A DNA stretch of 64,000 nt from Bdellovibrionota bacterium FG-1 (GTDB taxonomy: Bacteria > Bdellovibrionota > UBA1018). The position numbers and the translations under genes are program-made. Position 1 is the stretch's first letter. The number at the start of each line of letters is the position of its first letter. Positions 40,549-51,598 of this stretch are shown piece by piece. Where the stretch lies: NCBI GenBank assembly GCA_051382295.1, contig JBBCAW010000004.1, forward strand, positions 64,001 through 128,000. Direction: 5' to 3'. The notes under the pieces were generated by a model that ran no database searches, had not been told where the DNA came from, and saw only the letters and a list, made by a program, of their open reading frames with translations.

Positions 40549-41970
40549 TTAAAAATGGGCCAACCACTGCGTGGTGGCTTCTCCGATGCGTTCGAAAAAC
40601 ATCGGAACCACTCCGATAAATACGCCCCCAAGAGTCGCAATTGCCAAGCCCGCCCCCATGAGCGGCGAAATAGCCAAAGGTTGAGCCCCCTCAGCAGGGG
40701 GTTCAATGTACATTTGGCGAACAATTCTGAGGTAATAATACAAAGAAACCGTCGAGTTGACTGCGGCGAGGGCCACCAACCCATAGTAGCCGGCTTTGGC
40801 CGCCACATTGAAGAGCATAAATTTACCCACAAAGCCTGACAACGGAGGAATCCCCGCTAAGCCAAACAGTGCGACCATCGCGGCAAGGCTTAAAAGTGGA
40901 TTGGTCTGCGAGAGGCCTTTGAGGCTTGCGAGATCTTCACGGCCGGTTTGGTGAATGTGGAGCACGATAATCGAAAAAATCGCGAGATTCGTCATGACAT
41001 AAATGAGCATGTAAAAGACCATCGCCGAAGCATCGGTGCCCGAATTTCCCAAGAAACCGAGGATCAAATACCCTGCCTGCGAAATAGCGCTAAAAGCCAT
41101 AAAGCGCTTCAGGTTGTTTTGAAGGATGGCCACTAAATTTCCCAAAGTCATCGTGAGGGCCGCAAAAACCGCCACGAAAGCGGACGACTGTCCAACAAAA
41201 CTGCCGAAAACCCGATAAAAAAGCTGAAAGGCCACAGCCAGCCCGGCCGCCTTGGAGGCCACCGAAAGAAACGCCGTCACCGGAGTCGGTGCGCCCTCAT
41301 ACGCATCTGGGGCCCACATGTGAAATGGAAAGATCGTCAATTTGAAGCCCACGCCCGCCGTGATCAAGGCGGCCGCTAGCCAAACCGCCGAAGAAGGCTG
41401 AAGCGCGTGTCCGATGGCAATGAGCGAGGTTTGTCCCGTGAGGCCATAGAGCAGGCCAAAGCCGTAGAGCAAGAGGGCCGAAGCCAGCGCACCCATGGCG
41501 AGATACTTCAGCGCGCCCTCGCCCGAACGCTCGTTGCGGGACCAGGCCGTCAGACCAAAAAGTGGGATCGTCGCAAGTTCGAGGCTGACATAAAGCGAAA
41601 TCAAATCCTGGCTTGAAATCAGGCTCATCATTCCGGAGACCGAAAAGAGCATCACTGCAATAAATTCGGCTCTGGCTTGAAGAGGCTGTTTAGCGTGAGG
41701 ATCAAAAGGCATCTGGCTGAGTGTCACGGTCAGCAGAGTAGCAATCAAAAAAATGGCCTTAAACCACAGGCTCAAAGGATCAATCGTAAAGCGACCCCCC
41801 AAAACCTCGGCCGGCTGATCCAGCACATAAAAGAGACTTGCCAGGGCGGCGGCTAGGCCAATCAGCGCTACCGTGGGTATCCATCGCTTATTGGCGCGTA
41901 AAAACACGAGGTCCAAAATCAATATCAAGAAGCCGGTAAGAACGACTAAAATTTCAGGAAGCAATGACAT
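40549..41970 (-). CDS. nuoN: Complex I subunit N
   Basis: SLEL, GFK...PFHMWAPDAYEGAPTP, SVASK, GIPP..GFVGK. Confidence 0.93.
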   Translation of the reverse strand: MSLLPEILVVLTGFLILILDLVFLRANKRWIPTVALIGLAAALASLFYVLDQPAEVLGGRFTIDPLSLWFKAIFLIATLLTVTLSQMPFDPHAKQPLQARAEFIAVMLFSVSGMMSLISSQDLISLYVSLELATIPLFGLTAWSRNERSGEGALKYLAMGALASALLLYGFGLLYGLTGQTSLIAIGHALQPSSAVWLAAALITAGVGFKLTIFPFHMWAPDAYEGAPTPVTAFLSVASKAAGLAVAFQLFYRVFGSFVGQSSAFVAVFAALTMTLGNLVAILQNNLKRFMAFSAISQAGYLILGFLGNSGTDASAMVFYMLIYVMTNLAIFSIIVLHIHQTGREDLASLKGLSQTNPLLSLAAMVALFGLAGIPPLSGFVGKFMLFNVAAKAGYYGLVALAAVNSTVSLYYYLRIVRQMYIEPPAEGAQPLAISPLMGAGLAIATLGGVFIGVVPMFFERIGEATTQWLAHF

Positions 41971-41979
41971 GCTGGCTCC

Positions 41980-43500
41980 TCAGTGGTGTAGCCGATTCAA
42001 GATCGGATAAATCGCGGGTTCAATCAACTCAATGAGCATTCGTGGAAATACGCCCACTCCGACCAGAGTCGCGATTAAAATTGCAGTGCAGAGCCGTTCG
42101 GACATCGTGGCATCCGTAAGTTCCGCATGATGTGAATCGTAGAGCGGTCCTAGAAAAACGGTTCCAAGGCCTCTCAAAACGTAAACCGCAGTCACTACGA
42201 TCGACATAGCCGCAAGGACTGTAAGAATTCGCATGGCGACCACCGAATGCCAGGGATTTCCAAAGAAACCTCCCAAAAACACGTGGGCTTCAGCAACAAA
42301 CCCCGCAAAGCCAGGAAGGCCCAGTGAGGCCAAGCCACCGATATAAAAAGCGGTTGCTAGCCACGGCATAACCTTGGCCAGACCGCCCATTTCTGGAATG
42401 ATTCGCGTGTGAGTACGGCCATAGACCATCCCGATCAGGGAGAAGAATAGGCCCGTCATGATGCCATGACTGAACATCTGCAAAACAGCGCCCTTCATTC
42501 CCATCATGTTGAGGGTTGCGACCCCAAAAAGAACCATCCCGCAATGGCTGACCGAGGAATAAGCCGTAAAGTATTTAAGGTCGCGCTGTTTGATTGCGCC
42601 AAATGAGCCGTAAAGAATATTGATCGTGGTGAGGCCCATAAAGAATAAGCCCCACTCTTTGGCACCCTCTGGGAGCAAATAAACGGCGACCCGAAGCGCG
42701 CCATAACCGCCCATCTTCATGAGCACGCCAGCGTGAAGCATCGAAACGGCCGTGGGTGCCGAAGCATGTCCGTCGGGCGACCAAGTATGAAAAGGATAGA
42801 GAGCGCCCAAAATTCCGAACCCAATAAAAATAACCGGAAAGGCCCAATGCTGAAAGCTGGTCGGATAATGGAACTGCGCCATCTGCGTCAGATCAAAGCT
42901 AAAGTTGCCTGTTGCCTGACCCGCGATCTGATAAAGACCCAAAAACCCCACAAAAAGTAGAGCCGAACCCACCATGAGCATCAAAGTGAGTTTCATGGCC
43001 GAGTATTCTTTTGGGCCCGTTCCCCAAACCCCGATCAAAAGGTACATGGGCAAAACGGCCACTTCGTAGAACATAAAGAACAAGAAAAGATCGAAGCTCA
43101 AAAAGACGCCGAACACTCCAGTCACGAGCACTAGTAAAAAAGCAAAAAATTCTTTTGCCCGGTTTTCAACTTTCCAACTCGCCAAAACCCCCGTGAAAAT
43201 AATGATCGAAGTCAAGATCACCATCGACATCGAGATGCCGTCGGCGCCCAGCAGATATTGAATACCGAGTCCCTTGAACCAATCCGCTCGTTCGACGAGA
43301 AACAAATGCGTAAACATCGCATTTTGGGTGGGATCCGCCGAAGCGAGAGTCCAAAATTTGGCGGTGGCGATGGCCGTTAGAATTAGATGAAGTCCTGTCC
43401 CTAACAACGCAATCCAGCGGACGGCTTTGGTGTTAGGCGCGGCCAGAACACCGAGGGCAGTTAAGAACGGAAGAAAAATGAGCCAGCTTAAAATACCCAT
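41980..43500 (-). CDS. nuoM: Complex I subunit M
   Basis: FYE, PFHTWSPDGHASAPT, LMKMGGYG, AYSSVSH, GLPG..GFVAE. Confidence 0.93.
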   Translation of the reverse strand: MGILSWLIFLPFLTALGVLAAPNTKAVRWIALLGTGLHLILTAIATAKFWTLASADPTQNAMFTHLFLVERADWFKGLGIQYLLGADGISMSMVILTSIIIFTGVLASWKVENRAKEFFAFLLVLVTGVFGVFLSFDLFLFFMFYEVAVLPMYLLIGVWGTGPKEYSAMKLTLMLMVGSALLFVGFLGLYQIAGQATGNFSFDLTQMAQFHYPTSFQHWAFPVIFIGFGILGALYPFHTWSPDGHASAPTAVSMLHAGVLMKMGGYGALRVAVYLLPEGAKEWGLFFMGLTTINILYGSFGAIKQRDLKYFTAYSSVSHCGMVLFGVATLNMMGMKGAVLQMFSHGIMTGLFFSLIGMVYGRTHTRIIPEMGGLAKVMPWLATAFYIGGLASLGLPGFAGFVAEAHVFLGGFFGNPWHSVVAMRILTVLAAMSIVVTAVYVLRGLGTVFLGPLYDSHHAELTDATMSERLCTAILIATLVGVGVFPRMLIELIEPAIYPILNRLHH

Positions 43501-43507
43501 ATCGTCC

Positions 43508-45433
43508 TCAACCTACCGTCATCCAGTAAAGAGCTAGAAGGGTTACCGTTCCGGAAACCAGCCACAAGCCGTATGTTTGTAATTGGCCCGATTGAGCCAG
43601 GGTAATAGTACCCCCCAATTTCCGCGTCAAACTTCCAGAAAGATTGACGGCCCCATCCACTACGTTGCGGTCAAACCAGGCGACCGGGGCCGCAATCCAA
43701 CGAAAGATGATTTTATGCGTGATAAAGAGATAAATTTCGTCGAAGTAAAATTTCTTTTTGATGGTGGTGTACAGTCCGCCCATGGACTGGGCAATCCCCT
43801 CGATTTGGCGGGTGCTTTGCCGGCCATAAAAAAACCAGGAGAGTCCCAGCCCAATCACGGCCGCGAGCGTTCCAGGAATGGCAACTGCCAAATTAATTCC
43901 TGCATGCTCATGCTCATGCTCGGCGGAAATCCCGACGAACTCACCGAACGGGATAAATCCGGTCGTGCACGACAATACTGCCAAAATCACTAACGGCAAA
44001 AGCATCGCGAAGGGCGCCTCATGTGCGTGATCCGAATGATGGTCTCTCGGTTTGCCCCAAAAAGTGAGAAGGTAAATTCGGGCCATATAGAAGGAAGTCA
44101 AAGCCGCGACCGTGAGGCCGCCTACAAAATGGAACCAGCGATGACCCTCAACTGCGGCCCCCAAGATTTCATCCTTGGAGAAAAAGCCGGAAAACGGCCA
44201 AATTCCCGCGATCGCCAAAACGGCTATTAAAAAGGTGAGGTGGGTCACCGGCATCTTCTTGCGGAGACCGCCCATTTCCCAGACATTATTGGTGTGAACG
44301 GCATGGATCACCGAGCCTGCTCCTAAAAATAACAAGGCTTTGAAAAACGCGTGATTAAAAAGATGAAACATCGACGCCGTATAACCTTGTGGGTGTTCCA
44401 TGGTTGCGATGCCGAGTGCAAACATCATATAGCCAAGTTGGCTTAAGGTCGAAAACGCCAACACCCGTTTGATGTCATCCTGGGTGCAAGCAATGACGGC
44501 AGCGAAAGCGCTGGTGAACAAGCCCACGACCGCGACCACTTCCAGCGCATTGGGGGCAAAAGCAAAAACTGGAAACAGGCGGGCCACGAGGTAGACGCCC
44601 GCCACCACCATGGTCGCCGCATGAATCAGTGCTGAAACCGGAGTCGGGCCTTCCATTGCGTCAGGCAACCAAATATGAAGCGGAAACATCGCGCTTTTTC
44701 CCGCGGCGCCGCAATAGATGAGAATCAAGGCAAAAGTCAGGTATCCCGTTTGACTCAGTTGCGACAGATTTTGAGGGTCCGTGAGAAAAGCAAAATCGAG
44801 AGGTTGGACGCCAGTCGCCTCATGCGGAATCTGAAATCCAAAGTAAGCCAAAGTTAAAATACCGATCAAAAATCCAAGGTCCGCGAAACGAGTGACGATA
44901 AACGCCTTCTTTGATGCTGCAACCGCCGAGGGCTTTTGGTAGTAAAAACCGATCAATAAGAAGGAACTCACGCCGACGAGTTCCCAAAAAACGTACATCT
45001 GAAAAATATTCGGAGCCACGACCAAACCCAACATGCTGAAGGTAAAAAGACTGAGATAGGTGTAAAAGCGGCCATAACCGCTTTCGCCCTGCATGTACCC
45101 AGTTGAGTAAATGTGCACCAGAAAGCTCACCGTGGTGACCACCACCAGCATCATCACTGAAATCGGATCAATCATCACGCCCATGCTGACGGTCAGGCCG
45201 GATTGAAATCTCAGCCACTCAAAGCTCCAGGCGGTCAGCGGCGCCGTGCCAGCGCCGTGGGAGCCAAAGTACTCAAATGCGAGGGCGTACGAGGCAACTG
45301 CCGCGCAAAAAAGCGAAAAGGTACCCGCCCAGCCGGCCGCTCTTTCCGAGAGGGGACGGATCACAAAACCGACTATCAAAAATGATAGCAGCGGCAGTGC
45401 GGGGATAATCCATGGATTTTCAAGAAGGTGCAT
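43508..45433 (-). CDS. nuoL: Complex I subunit L
   Basis: FWELVG, GKSAMFPLHIWLPDAMEGPTPVSALIHAATMV, STLSQLG, HAFFKALLF. Confidence 0.95.
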   Translation of the reverse strand: MHLLENPWIIPALPLLSFLIVGFVIRPLSERAAGWAGTFSLFCAAVASYALAFEYFGSHGAGTAPLTAWSFEWLRFQSGLTVSMGVMIDPISVMMLVVVTTVSFLVHIYSTGYMQGESGYGRFYTYLSLFTFSMLGLVVAPNIFQMYVFWELVGVSSFLLIGFYYQKPSAVAASKKAFIVTRFADLGFLIGILTLAYFGFQIPHEATGVQPLDFAFLTDPQNLSQLSQTGYLTFALILIYCGAAGKSAMFPLHIWLPDAMEGPTPVSALIHAATMVVAGVYLVARLFPVFAFAPNALEVVAVVGLFTSAFAAVIACTQDDIKRVLAFSTLSQLGYMMFALGIATMEHPQGYTASMFHLFNHAFFKALLFLGAGSVIHAVHTNNVWEMGGLRKKMPVTHLTFLIAVLAIAGIWPFSGFFSKDEILGAAVEGHRWFHFVGGLTVAALTSFYMARIYLLTFWGKPRDHHSDHAHEAPFAMLLPLVILAVLSCTTGFIPFGEFVGISAEHEHEHAGINLAVAIPGTLAAVIGLGLSWFFYGRQSTRQIEGIAQSMGGLYTTIKKKFYFDEIYLFITHKIIFRWIAAPVAWFDRNVVDGAVNLSGSLTRKLGGTITLAQSGQLQTYGLWLVSGTVTLLALYWMTVG

Positions 45434-45452
45434 AACAAATCCCTTACTTCGG

Positions 45453-45755
45453 TCAGTGTCTCAAAGCATGCAGACGGGTGACGTCGACGCTCTGTTTTTT
45501 TCTAAATAGCATCAATAAGATAGCCATACCCATCAAAAGCTCGGCTGCGGCTACCCCCATCACAAAAATCGCCATAATTTGGCCATCGACTTGGGTGGGC
45601 GCTAAAAACCGATTAAAGATCACGAAATTCAGAGCAGCTGCATTGAGCATGAGCTCCACTGAAATCAGAATGCCCACTGCATTTCGACGAGTCAAAACGC
45701 CATAAATCCCAACTGAAAAAGAAAACAACGAAAGAAGCATCCAATAGAAAATCAT
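45453..45755 (-). CDS. nuoK: Complex I subunit K
   Basis: GVLTRRN, SVELMLNA, AAE; three TM segments. Confidence 0.92.
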   Translation of the reverse strand: MIFYWMLLSLFSFSVGIYGVLTRRNAVGILISVELMLNAAALNFVIFNRFLAPTQVDGQIMAIFVMGVAAAELLMGMAILLMLFRKKQSVDVTRLHALRH

Positions 45756-46270
45756 GACTGAGGCTCCTTTCGGGCAATCACAATGCCGGCGATCAAGACC
45801 GCCAGAAGGAGGATGGAAATCATTTCAAAAGGAAATACATACCCCGATGAGCCCGTATCTAAAAAGGCACGGCCAATGCTTTTTATGTCCGTCGTGCCGG
45901 CGTCGAGCGCATGATCTTGGGCCAGCGGTGAATTCCTAAGAAGCCAGGCTGAGGTTCCAAAAAAACTTGCACTTGCCGTAAATCCGACGACTTTTCGAAA
46001 AAGCGTTGGGCGGTCCTCAAGAAGGTCCATTGAACGGGTGAGCATGACGGCAAAAACCAGGACGACGACAATGCCACCGACGTAGACGAGGACTTGGGTC
46101 CCGGCTATAAAGTCAGCGCCGAGCATGAGATAAAGCCCTGCGCTCAAGCAAAGCACGCCCATTAAATAAATCGCCGAGCGTAAGATGTGTTTAGTCAGAA
46201 CCGTCGCCAGCGCTAAAAGCGAGAGGGCTGCGGCCAGACCGAAGAAAACGAGGTCCATCGGAGAATTCAT
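45752..46270 (-). CDS. nuoJ: Complex I subunit J
   Basis: QVLVYVGGIVV, PFE..SILLL. Confidence 0.92.
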   Translation of the reverse strand: MNSPMDLVFFGLAAALSLLALATVLTKHILRSAIYLMGVLCLSAGLYLMLGADFIAGTQVLVYVGGIVVVLVFAVMLTRSMDLLEDRPTLFRKVVGFTASASFFGTSAWLLRNSPLAQDHALDAGTTDIKSIGRAFLDTGSSGYVFPFEMISILLLAVLIAGIVIARKEPQS

Positions 46271-46896
46271 GATTTGGACTCCTGCTGAATACCCGCCAAA
46301 GGAAAGCCGGCCAAGGCAACCGGGCCCGCATAGGGTCCGCGGGGTTCGATGAGCTTCTGGCGTTCTGCGGGGTCTGCAGTCTTCAAAAGGACCGTTGAAA
46401 CGGGACCCGCATATTTGGCTAAATTAAAAACCAAGAGCCGTTGGTCGTAGACCGACGATTCAAAGGTTGCATTCATCTTGAGGCACTGGAACGGACAAAC
46501 GAGCACACACAAATTGCAAAAAGTACAGCTATCCAAGCGCCAGATAAAGGTATCGAGTTCTACCTTACTCACCGCAGGCTTAGGTCGTTCGACCACGTGA
46601 ATCGACGCATTCGGGCAAGCCTGTTCGCAAATATGACAAGCCGTACATTTATAAAAACCATTTTCATCATGAACCATCGAAAGCTGCGCGCGCACGCGAT
46701 CCGCGAGTTTGAGCGTGTTCCGATTTTCAGGGTATTGTTGAGTTACGACCGTCGAAGGATGACTGAAATATCGGAAGGTAATTCGCATCCCCTTAAGGAG
46801 AGATTTCAGGCCAAAGAAAAACTGCTGAAGCGGTCCTCTCTCTGGGAGGCGCGGAGTAGGCTGCGTGTTAAGGTCATTGCCAAGTGGAGAAGTCAT
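46267..46896 (-). CDS. nuoI: Complex I subunit I
   Basis: VTQQYPE, CTACHICEQACP, CTFCNLCVLVCP; start at ATG 46896 overlapping the nuoH stop. Confidence 0.92.
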   Translation of the reverse strand: MTSPLGNDLNTQPTPRLPERGPLQQFFFGLKSLLKGMRITFRYFSHPSTVVTQQYPENRNTLKLADRVRAQLSMVHDENGFYKCTACHICEQACPNASIHVVERPKPAVSKVELDTFIWRLDSCTFCNLCVLVCPFQCLKMNATFESSVYDQRLLVFNLAKYAGPVSTVLLKTADPAERQKLIEPRGPYAGPVALAGFPLAGIQQESKS

Positions 46897-47975
46897 GCAG
46901 CACCTGCAAAAAAGTAGAGGCCACTGAGGACCAGGATTGCGGATAAGGCGACGTTGATCAGGCCGATCGGAAGAAAAACTTTCCATTCCAGTTTCATGAG
47001 CTGATCCATTCGTAATCTTGGAAAGGTCCACCTGAACCACATAATAAGAAACACAATTGCAGAGACCTTGAGTGAAAACCAAATTCCAGGAGGGATCACG
47101 TCCATCACTTGATTGAAGAGCGTGAAGTTACCGATGTGAAAGGGCATCCAGCCGCCCCAAAAAAGCGTAGCCCCCATCGCGGCGACAATAAACAAGTTCA
47201 TGTACTCAGCGAGAAAGAAGAAAGCAAACCGCATCCCTGAATATTCGGTATGAAAACCCGCCGTAAGTTCGCTCTCGCCTTCGGCCAAGTCAAAAGGAGT
47301 GCGATTGATTTCCGCGGTCGAGGCCACCAAAAAAAGAATAAAAGAGACAAAGCCGACCAGAGGGGCTCTCCAAATCCACCAACCTTGGGCTTGGGACAAA
47401 ACGATCTCAGACAGTTTGAGTGATCCTGAGAATATGACGATGACAAGAATCGATAGGGTGACCGAAAGTTCATAGGAGATGATCTGCGCGCCTGCACGCA
47501 TGGCCCCGAGCAAGGACCATTTATTATTGGAACTCCAACCCCCAATGAGAATGCCGATCACACTCAATCCGCTGACTGCGGAGATATAAAGCACTCCGAT
47601 ATTCATATCCGAAAGCGCGATTTTAGGGCTTGCGGGCAGCGCCGTGATCGCTAGAAAGGCCGCAATAATGCACAAAAGAGGCGCCAAGGCGTGAAGAAAG
47701 TGATCTGCCTGAGTAGGGACAATGTCTTCTTTCAGGAGAAGCTTTAGCGAATCCGCCACGGTTTGGAGTGTTCCATGCCAGCCCACGCGCATAGGCCCAA
47801 GCCGGCATTGAAAATGGGCCGCAACCTTGCGTTCCGCGTACACAAGGACCATCGCTGAAAGGGAGGCAAAGCCCACTAATGCAGCGAGCCCCCCAATAGC
47901 GTAGACGACCGCTATAATGGGCGCATCGCTAACGGTTTCTGAAACGATTTTGCTTAACGAGGTGACTTCGAACAT
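46893..47975 (-). CDS. nuoH: Complex I subunit H
   Basis: ERK...RLGP, DSLKLLLKE, ISYE, EINRTPFDLAEGESEL..GFHTEYSG. Confidence 0.96.
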   Translation of the reverse strand: MFEVTSLSKIVSETVSDAPIIAVVYAIGGLAALVGFASLSAMVLVYAERKVAAHFQCRLGPMRVGWHGTLQTVADSLKLLLKEDIVPTQADHFLHALAPLLCIIAAFLAITALPASPKIALSDMNIGVLYISAVSGLSVIGILIGGWSSNNKWSLLGAMRAGAQIISYELSVTLSILVIVIFSGSLKLSEIVLSQAQGWWIWRAPLVGFVSFILFLVASTAEINRTPFDLAEGESELTAGFHTEYSGMRFAFFFLAEYMNLFIVAAMGATLFWGGWMPFHIGNFTLFNQVMDVIPPGIWFSLKVSAIVFLIMWFRWTFPRLRMDQLMKLEWKVFLPIGLINVALSAILVLSGLYFFAGAA

Positions 47976-47984
47976 TCAAACTCC

Positions 47985-49148
47985 TCAGCGGTCGATATCC
48001 GGGACGACGATGTCCAAAGATGAGAGAATGGCTACCAAATCCGCGATTCGCCACCCCTTCGCCATGTGCGCAACCGACCATAGATTGTTGAAATTGGGTG
48101 AGCGAAAATGCATCCGATACGGTTTTTCAGTACCATCGGAGACAAAATAAACTCCGAGGACACCCCGAGCGGTTTCCATTTGGCTATAATAGGATCCCTC
48201 TGGAACCCGGATTTTAGCGCCAAACTTCATCATCATCGTTTTGCCTTCAGGAATATTGTCGATCAATTGTTCGACAATCCCGAGAGATTCACGAATTTCT
48301 TGCATCCGAACCGCATAACGATCCCAGCAATCACCGACCGTTCCGACGGGGATTGCAAATTGAACCTTGGAGTAAACTCCATAGGGCTCAAGCTTTCGAA
48401 GATCATGAGGTTCGCCACTCGCCCGAAGCACTGGGCCGGTTGTGCCAAGGCTAATAGCGGTTTTTCGGTCCAAAATGCCGACGTTTCGCAGACGCTCTTG
48501 AACAATAATGTTTCCGGTGAAGAGCTCGTCGTATTCTTTGAGAATGGGCTTGAAATAGGTGATGAATTTTTTGACGTCCGCCACAAAATCCGGATGAATG
48601 TCATACATCAAGCCACCGGGCTGGATGTAGTTCATGGTCAGGCGGGCTCCGATGGTCTGTTCAAAAATCGCGGTGATTTTTTCGCGATCGCGAAAGCCAT
48701 AAAGGAACGGCGTAAAGGCGCCCAAATCCATCCCGAAAACACCCCACCACAGGAGGTGGCTTTGAATTCGTTGCAGTTCGGCAATAATCGTCCGGATCGT
48801 TTCGATTCGATCCGTGAGTTCCGTTTTCATCGCTTTTTCAACTGCCGACGAAAGGGCCCAGTTGTTCATGAGCGCGCAAATGTAATCCAAACGATCCGTG
48901 AGGTGGACTTGCTGCCGATAGCCCACCTTTTCGGCCTTCTTTTCGAGGCCACGATGGACGTAGCCGAGCACTGGAATGACTTCGCGAACCACTTCGCCGT
49001 CCAGGCGCAAAACAAGCCGAAGCACTCCGTGGGTAGAAGGATGCTGAGGCCCCATGTTCACAAAATATTCTTGGGTGGCGATGGAAGAGTCTTCAGGGTG
49101 TGGTCTCTTCAGTTTGCCTTCGAGCGTACCAACTTCGACGTTTACCAT
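47985..49148 (-). CDS. nuoD: Complex I subunit D
   Basis: NMGPQHPSTHGVLRL, GYVHRGLEK, DRLDY, terminal DIVVPDIDR; no NiFe CxxC motifs. Confidence 0.95.
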   Translation of the reverse strand: MVNVEVGTLEGKLKRPHPEDSSIATQEYFVNMGPQHPSTHGVLRLVLRLDGEVVREVIPVLGYVHRGLEKKAEKVGYRQQVHLTDRLDYICALMNNWALSSAVEKAMKTELTDRIETIRTIIAELQRIQSHLLWWGVFGMDLGAFTPFLYGFRDREKITAIFEQTIGARLTMNYIQPGGLMYDIHPDFVADVKKFITYFKPILKEYDELFTGNIIVQERLRNVGILDRKTAISLGTTGPVLRASGEPHDLRKLEPYGVYSKVQFAIPVGTVGDCWDRYAVRMQEIRESLGIVEQLIDNIPEGKTMMMKFGAKIRVPEGSYYSQMETARGVLGVYFVSDGTEKPYRMHFRSPNFNNLWSVAHMAKGWRIADLVAILSSLDIVVPDIDR

Positions 49149-49606
49149 GGGCGCTCCAACATAAAGTCGTCTTTGTAATCCTTGAGGAGGGGGTGTCCCT
49201 TCCAATCGTCTTCTAAAAGAAGTCGGCGTAAGTCAGGGTGATTGCTATAACGAACGCCAAAGAGATCGTATATTTCGCGTTCCTGCCATTCTGCTATGGC
49301 CCAAATATCTGCGACGGATGGGACGACGCCTTCAGACCTTGAGGTATCGATGGATACCATGAGATATTGGCGAAGGCTCGTCGAATAAAGCTGGTACACG
49401 AGCTCGATTCGTTGTTGCGCCGGCCAATCGATCGCCGTGTGCGCGCAAAGCATGTCAAACGCGAACCTAGGGTCAGTCCGCAAGACCTGCATGATGGAGT
49501 GAGCTTGTTGGAGGGGTAATACCACGGCCACGCGGTCCGCTTTTTCGCGAACTTTGATGTCGGGGTTGAGCGCTAATATTGCAGTTTGAAATTCAGCCGA
49601 TTCCAT
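49142..49606 (-). CDS. nuoC: Complex I subunit C
   Basis: [26 protein letters not shown]. Confidence 0.94.
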   Translation of the reverse strand: MESAEFQTAILALNPDIKVREKADRVAVVLPLQQAHSIMQVLRTDPRFAFDMLCAHTAIDWPAQQRIELVYQLYSTSLRQYLMVSIDTSRSEGVVPSVADIWAIAEWQEREIYDLFGVRYSNHPDLRRLLLEDDWKGHPLLKDYKDDFMLERPW

Positions 49607-50201
49607 GGGGAGAAACCACTGCCTTTTCTTGGAGATTAAGAATCATTTCTTTACGAATATCATCGATAGTAATGCCGGGAGGCAAGGCCGCCAGCACCGG
49701 ACTCCGACGTTCGCCGGGTTTGCGAAGGGTTTCGCCAGTTTTGATCATACGTTGCAAGGTGAGAAGTCCATAAAAGAAGGCTTCCGGACGAGGAGGGCAT
49801 CCAGGCACATAGACGTCGACGGGAATGACTTCATGCGCGCCTCGAATGGTCGAGTAGGACTCATAAATAAAAGGTCCACCCGAGATTGCACAGGCTCCAG
49901 TGGCGATGACGTATTTGGGTTCAGCCATTTGTTCGTAAAGCGTCCGCAAGCGAGGGGCCATCCGCTTAACGATCGTTCCGGCAATGACCAATAAGTCGGC
50001 TTGCCGTGGCGATGGTCGTGCGACTTCAGCGCCAAAGCGAGCGAGATCGTGGTGACTGGCGCCTGTGGCCATCATGACCTCAATGGCGCAACAGCTGGTT
50101 CCAAAGGTCAGCGGCCAAAGACTGTTGGCTCGCGCCCAGTTGATTGCGGCATCCACGCTCGTGAGAAGCCCACCGCTCCCTTGTTCGGTATTCACTCCCA
50201 T
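49593..50201 (-). CDS. nuoB: Complex I subunit B
   Basis: [31 protein letters not shown]; start at ATG 50201. Confidence 0.95.
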   Translation of the reverse strand: MGVNTEQGSGGLLTSVDAAINWARANSLWPLTFGTSCCAIEVMMATGASHHDLARFGAEVARPSPRQADLLVIAGTIVKRMAPRLRTLYEQMAEPKYVIATGACAISGGPFIYESYSTIRGAHEVIPVDVYVPGCPPRPEAFFYGLLTLQRMIKTGETLRKPGERRSPVLAALPPGITIDDIRKEMILNLQEKAVVSPHGIG

Positions 50202-50542
50202 TCCAGGGCTCCTTTTCTCCAGGCGTAAGCCAAGCCCATCACCAACACGAGGATGAAAAAGACGACCTCGATAAATCCAGTGATCCCGACTTCTCGGAGG
50301 ACTACGGCCCACGGAAACAAAAAGGCCGCTTCGACCTCAAAAACCAAGAAAATGAGTCCGAAGATGTAATAAGCGACATTAAATTGAAACCACGCATTGC
50401 CGATGGTCTCTTCGCCGCACTCATACGTGGAATTCTTTATTTTTCCAGGGTGATGAGGGGCTACCAAGCGCGATAAGAGTAAAGCTCCCACCACCAGCAG
50501 CACGGCGGCCCCGATGACTGGGAGGATAAACAGGTACTCCAT
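50192..50542 (-). CDS. nuoA: Complex I subunit A
   Basis: YECG, FEVE..FLFPWA, KGALEW. Confidence 0.95.
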   Translation of the reverse strand: MEYLFILPVIGAAVLLVVGALLLSRLVAPHHPGKIKNSTYECGEETIGNAWFQFNVAYYIFGLIFLVFEVEAAFLFPWAVVLREVGITGFIEVVFFILVLVMGLAYAWRKGALEWE

Positions 50543-50545
50543 TTT

Positions 50546-51595
<1,050 letters not shown>

Positions 51596-51598
51596 GGT

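Noticed and set aside
48108..49178. 356-aa plus-strand ORF
   Set aside because: Antisense shadow of nuoD; no recognisable motifs
47985..50201. Group 4 NiFe hydrogenase reading of the headless nuo cluster
   Set aside because: Large subunit lacks Ni-binding CxxC motifs and keeps the quinone-site GPQHPSTHG and RLDY motifs
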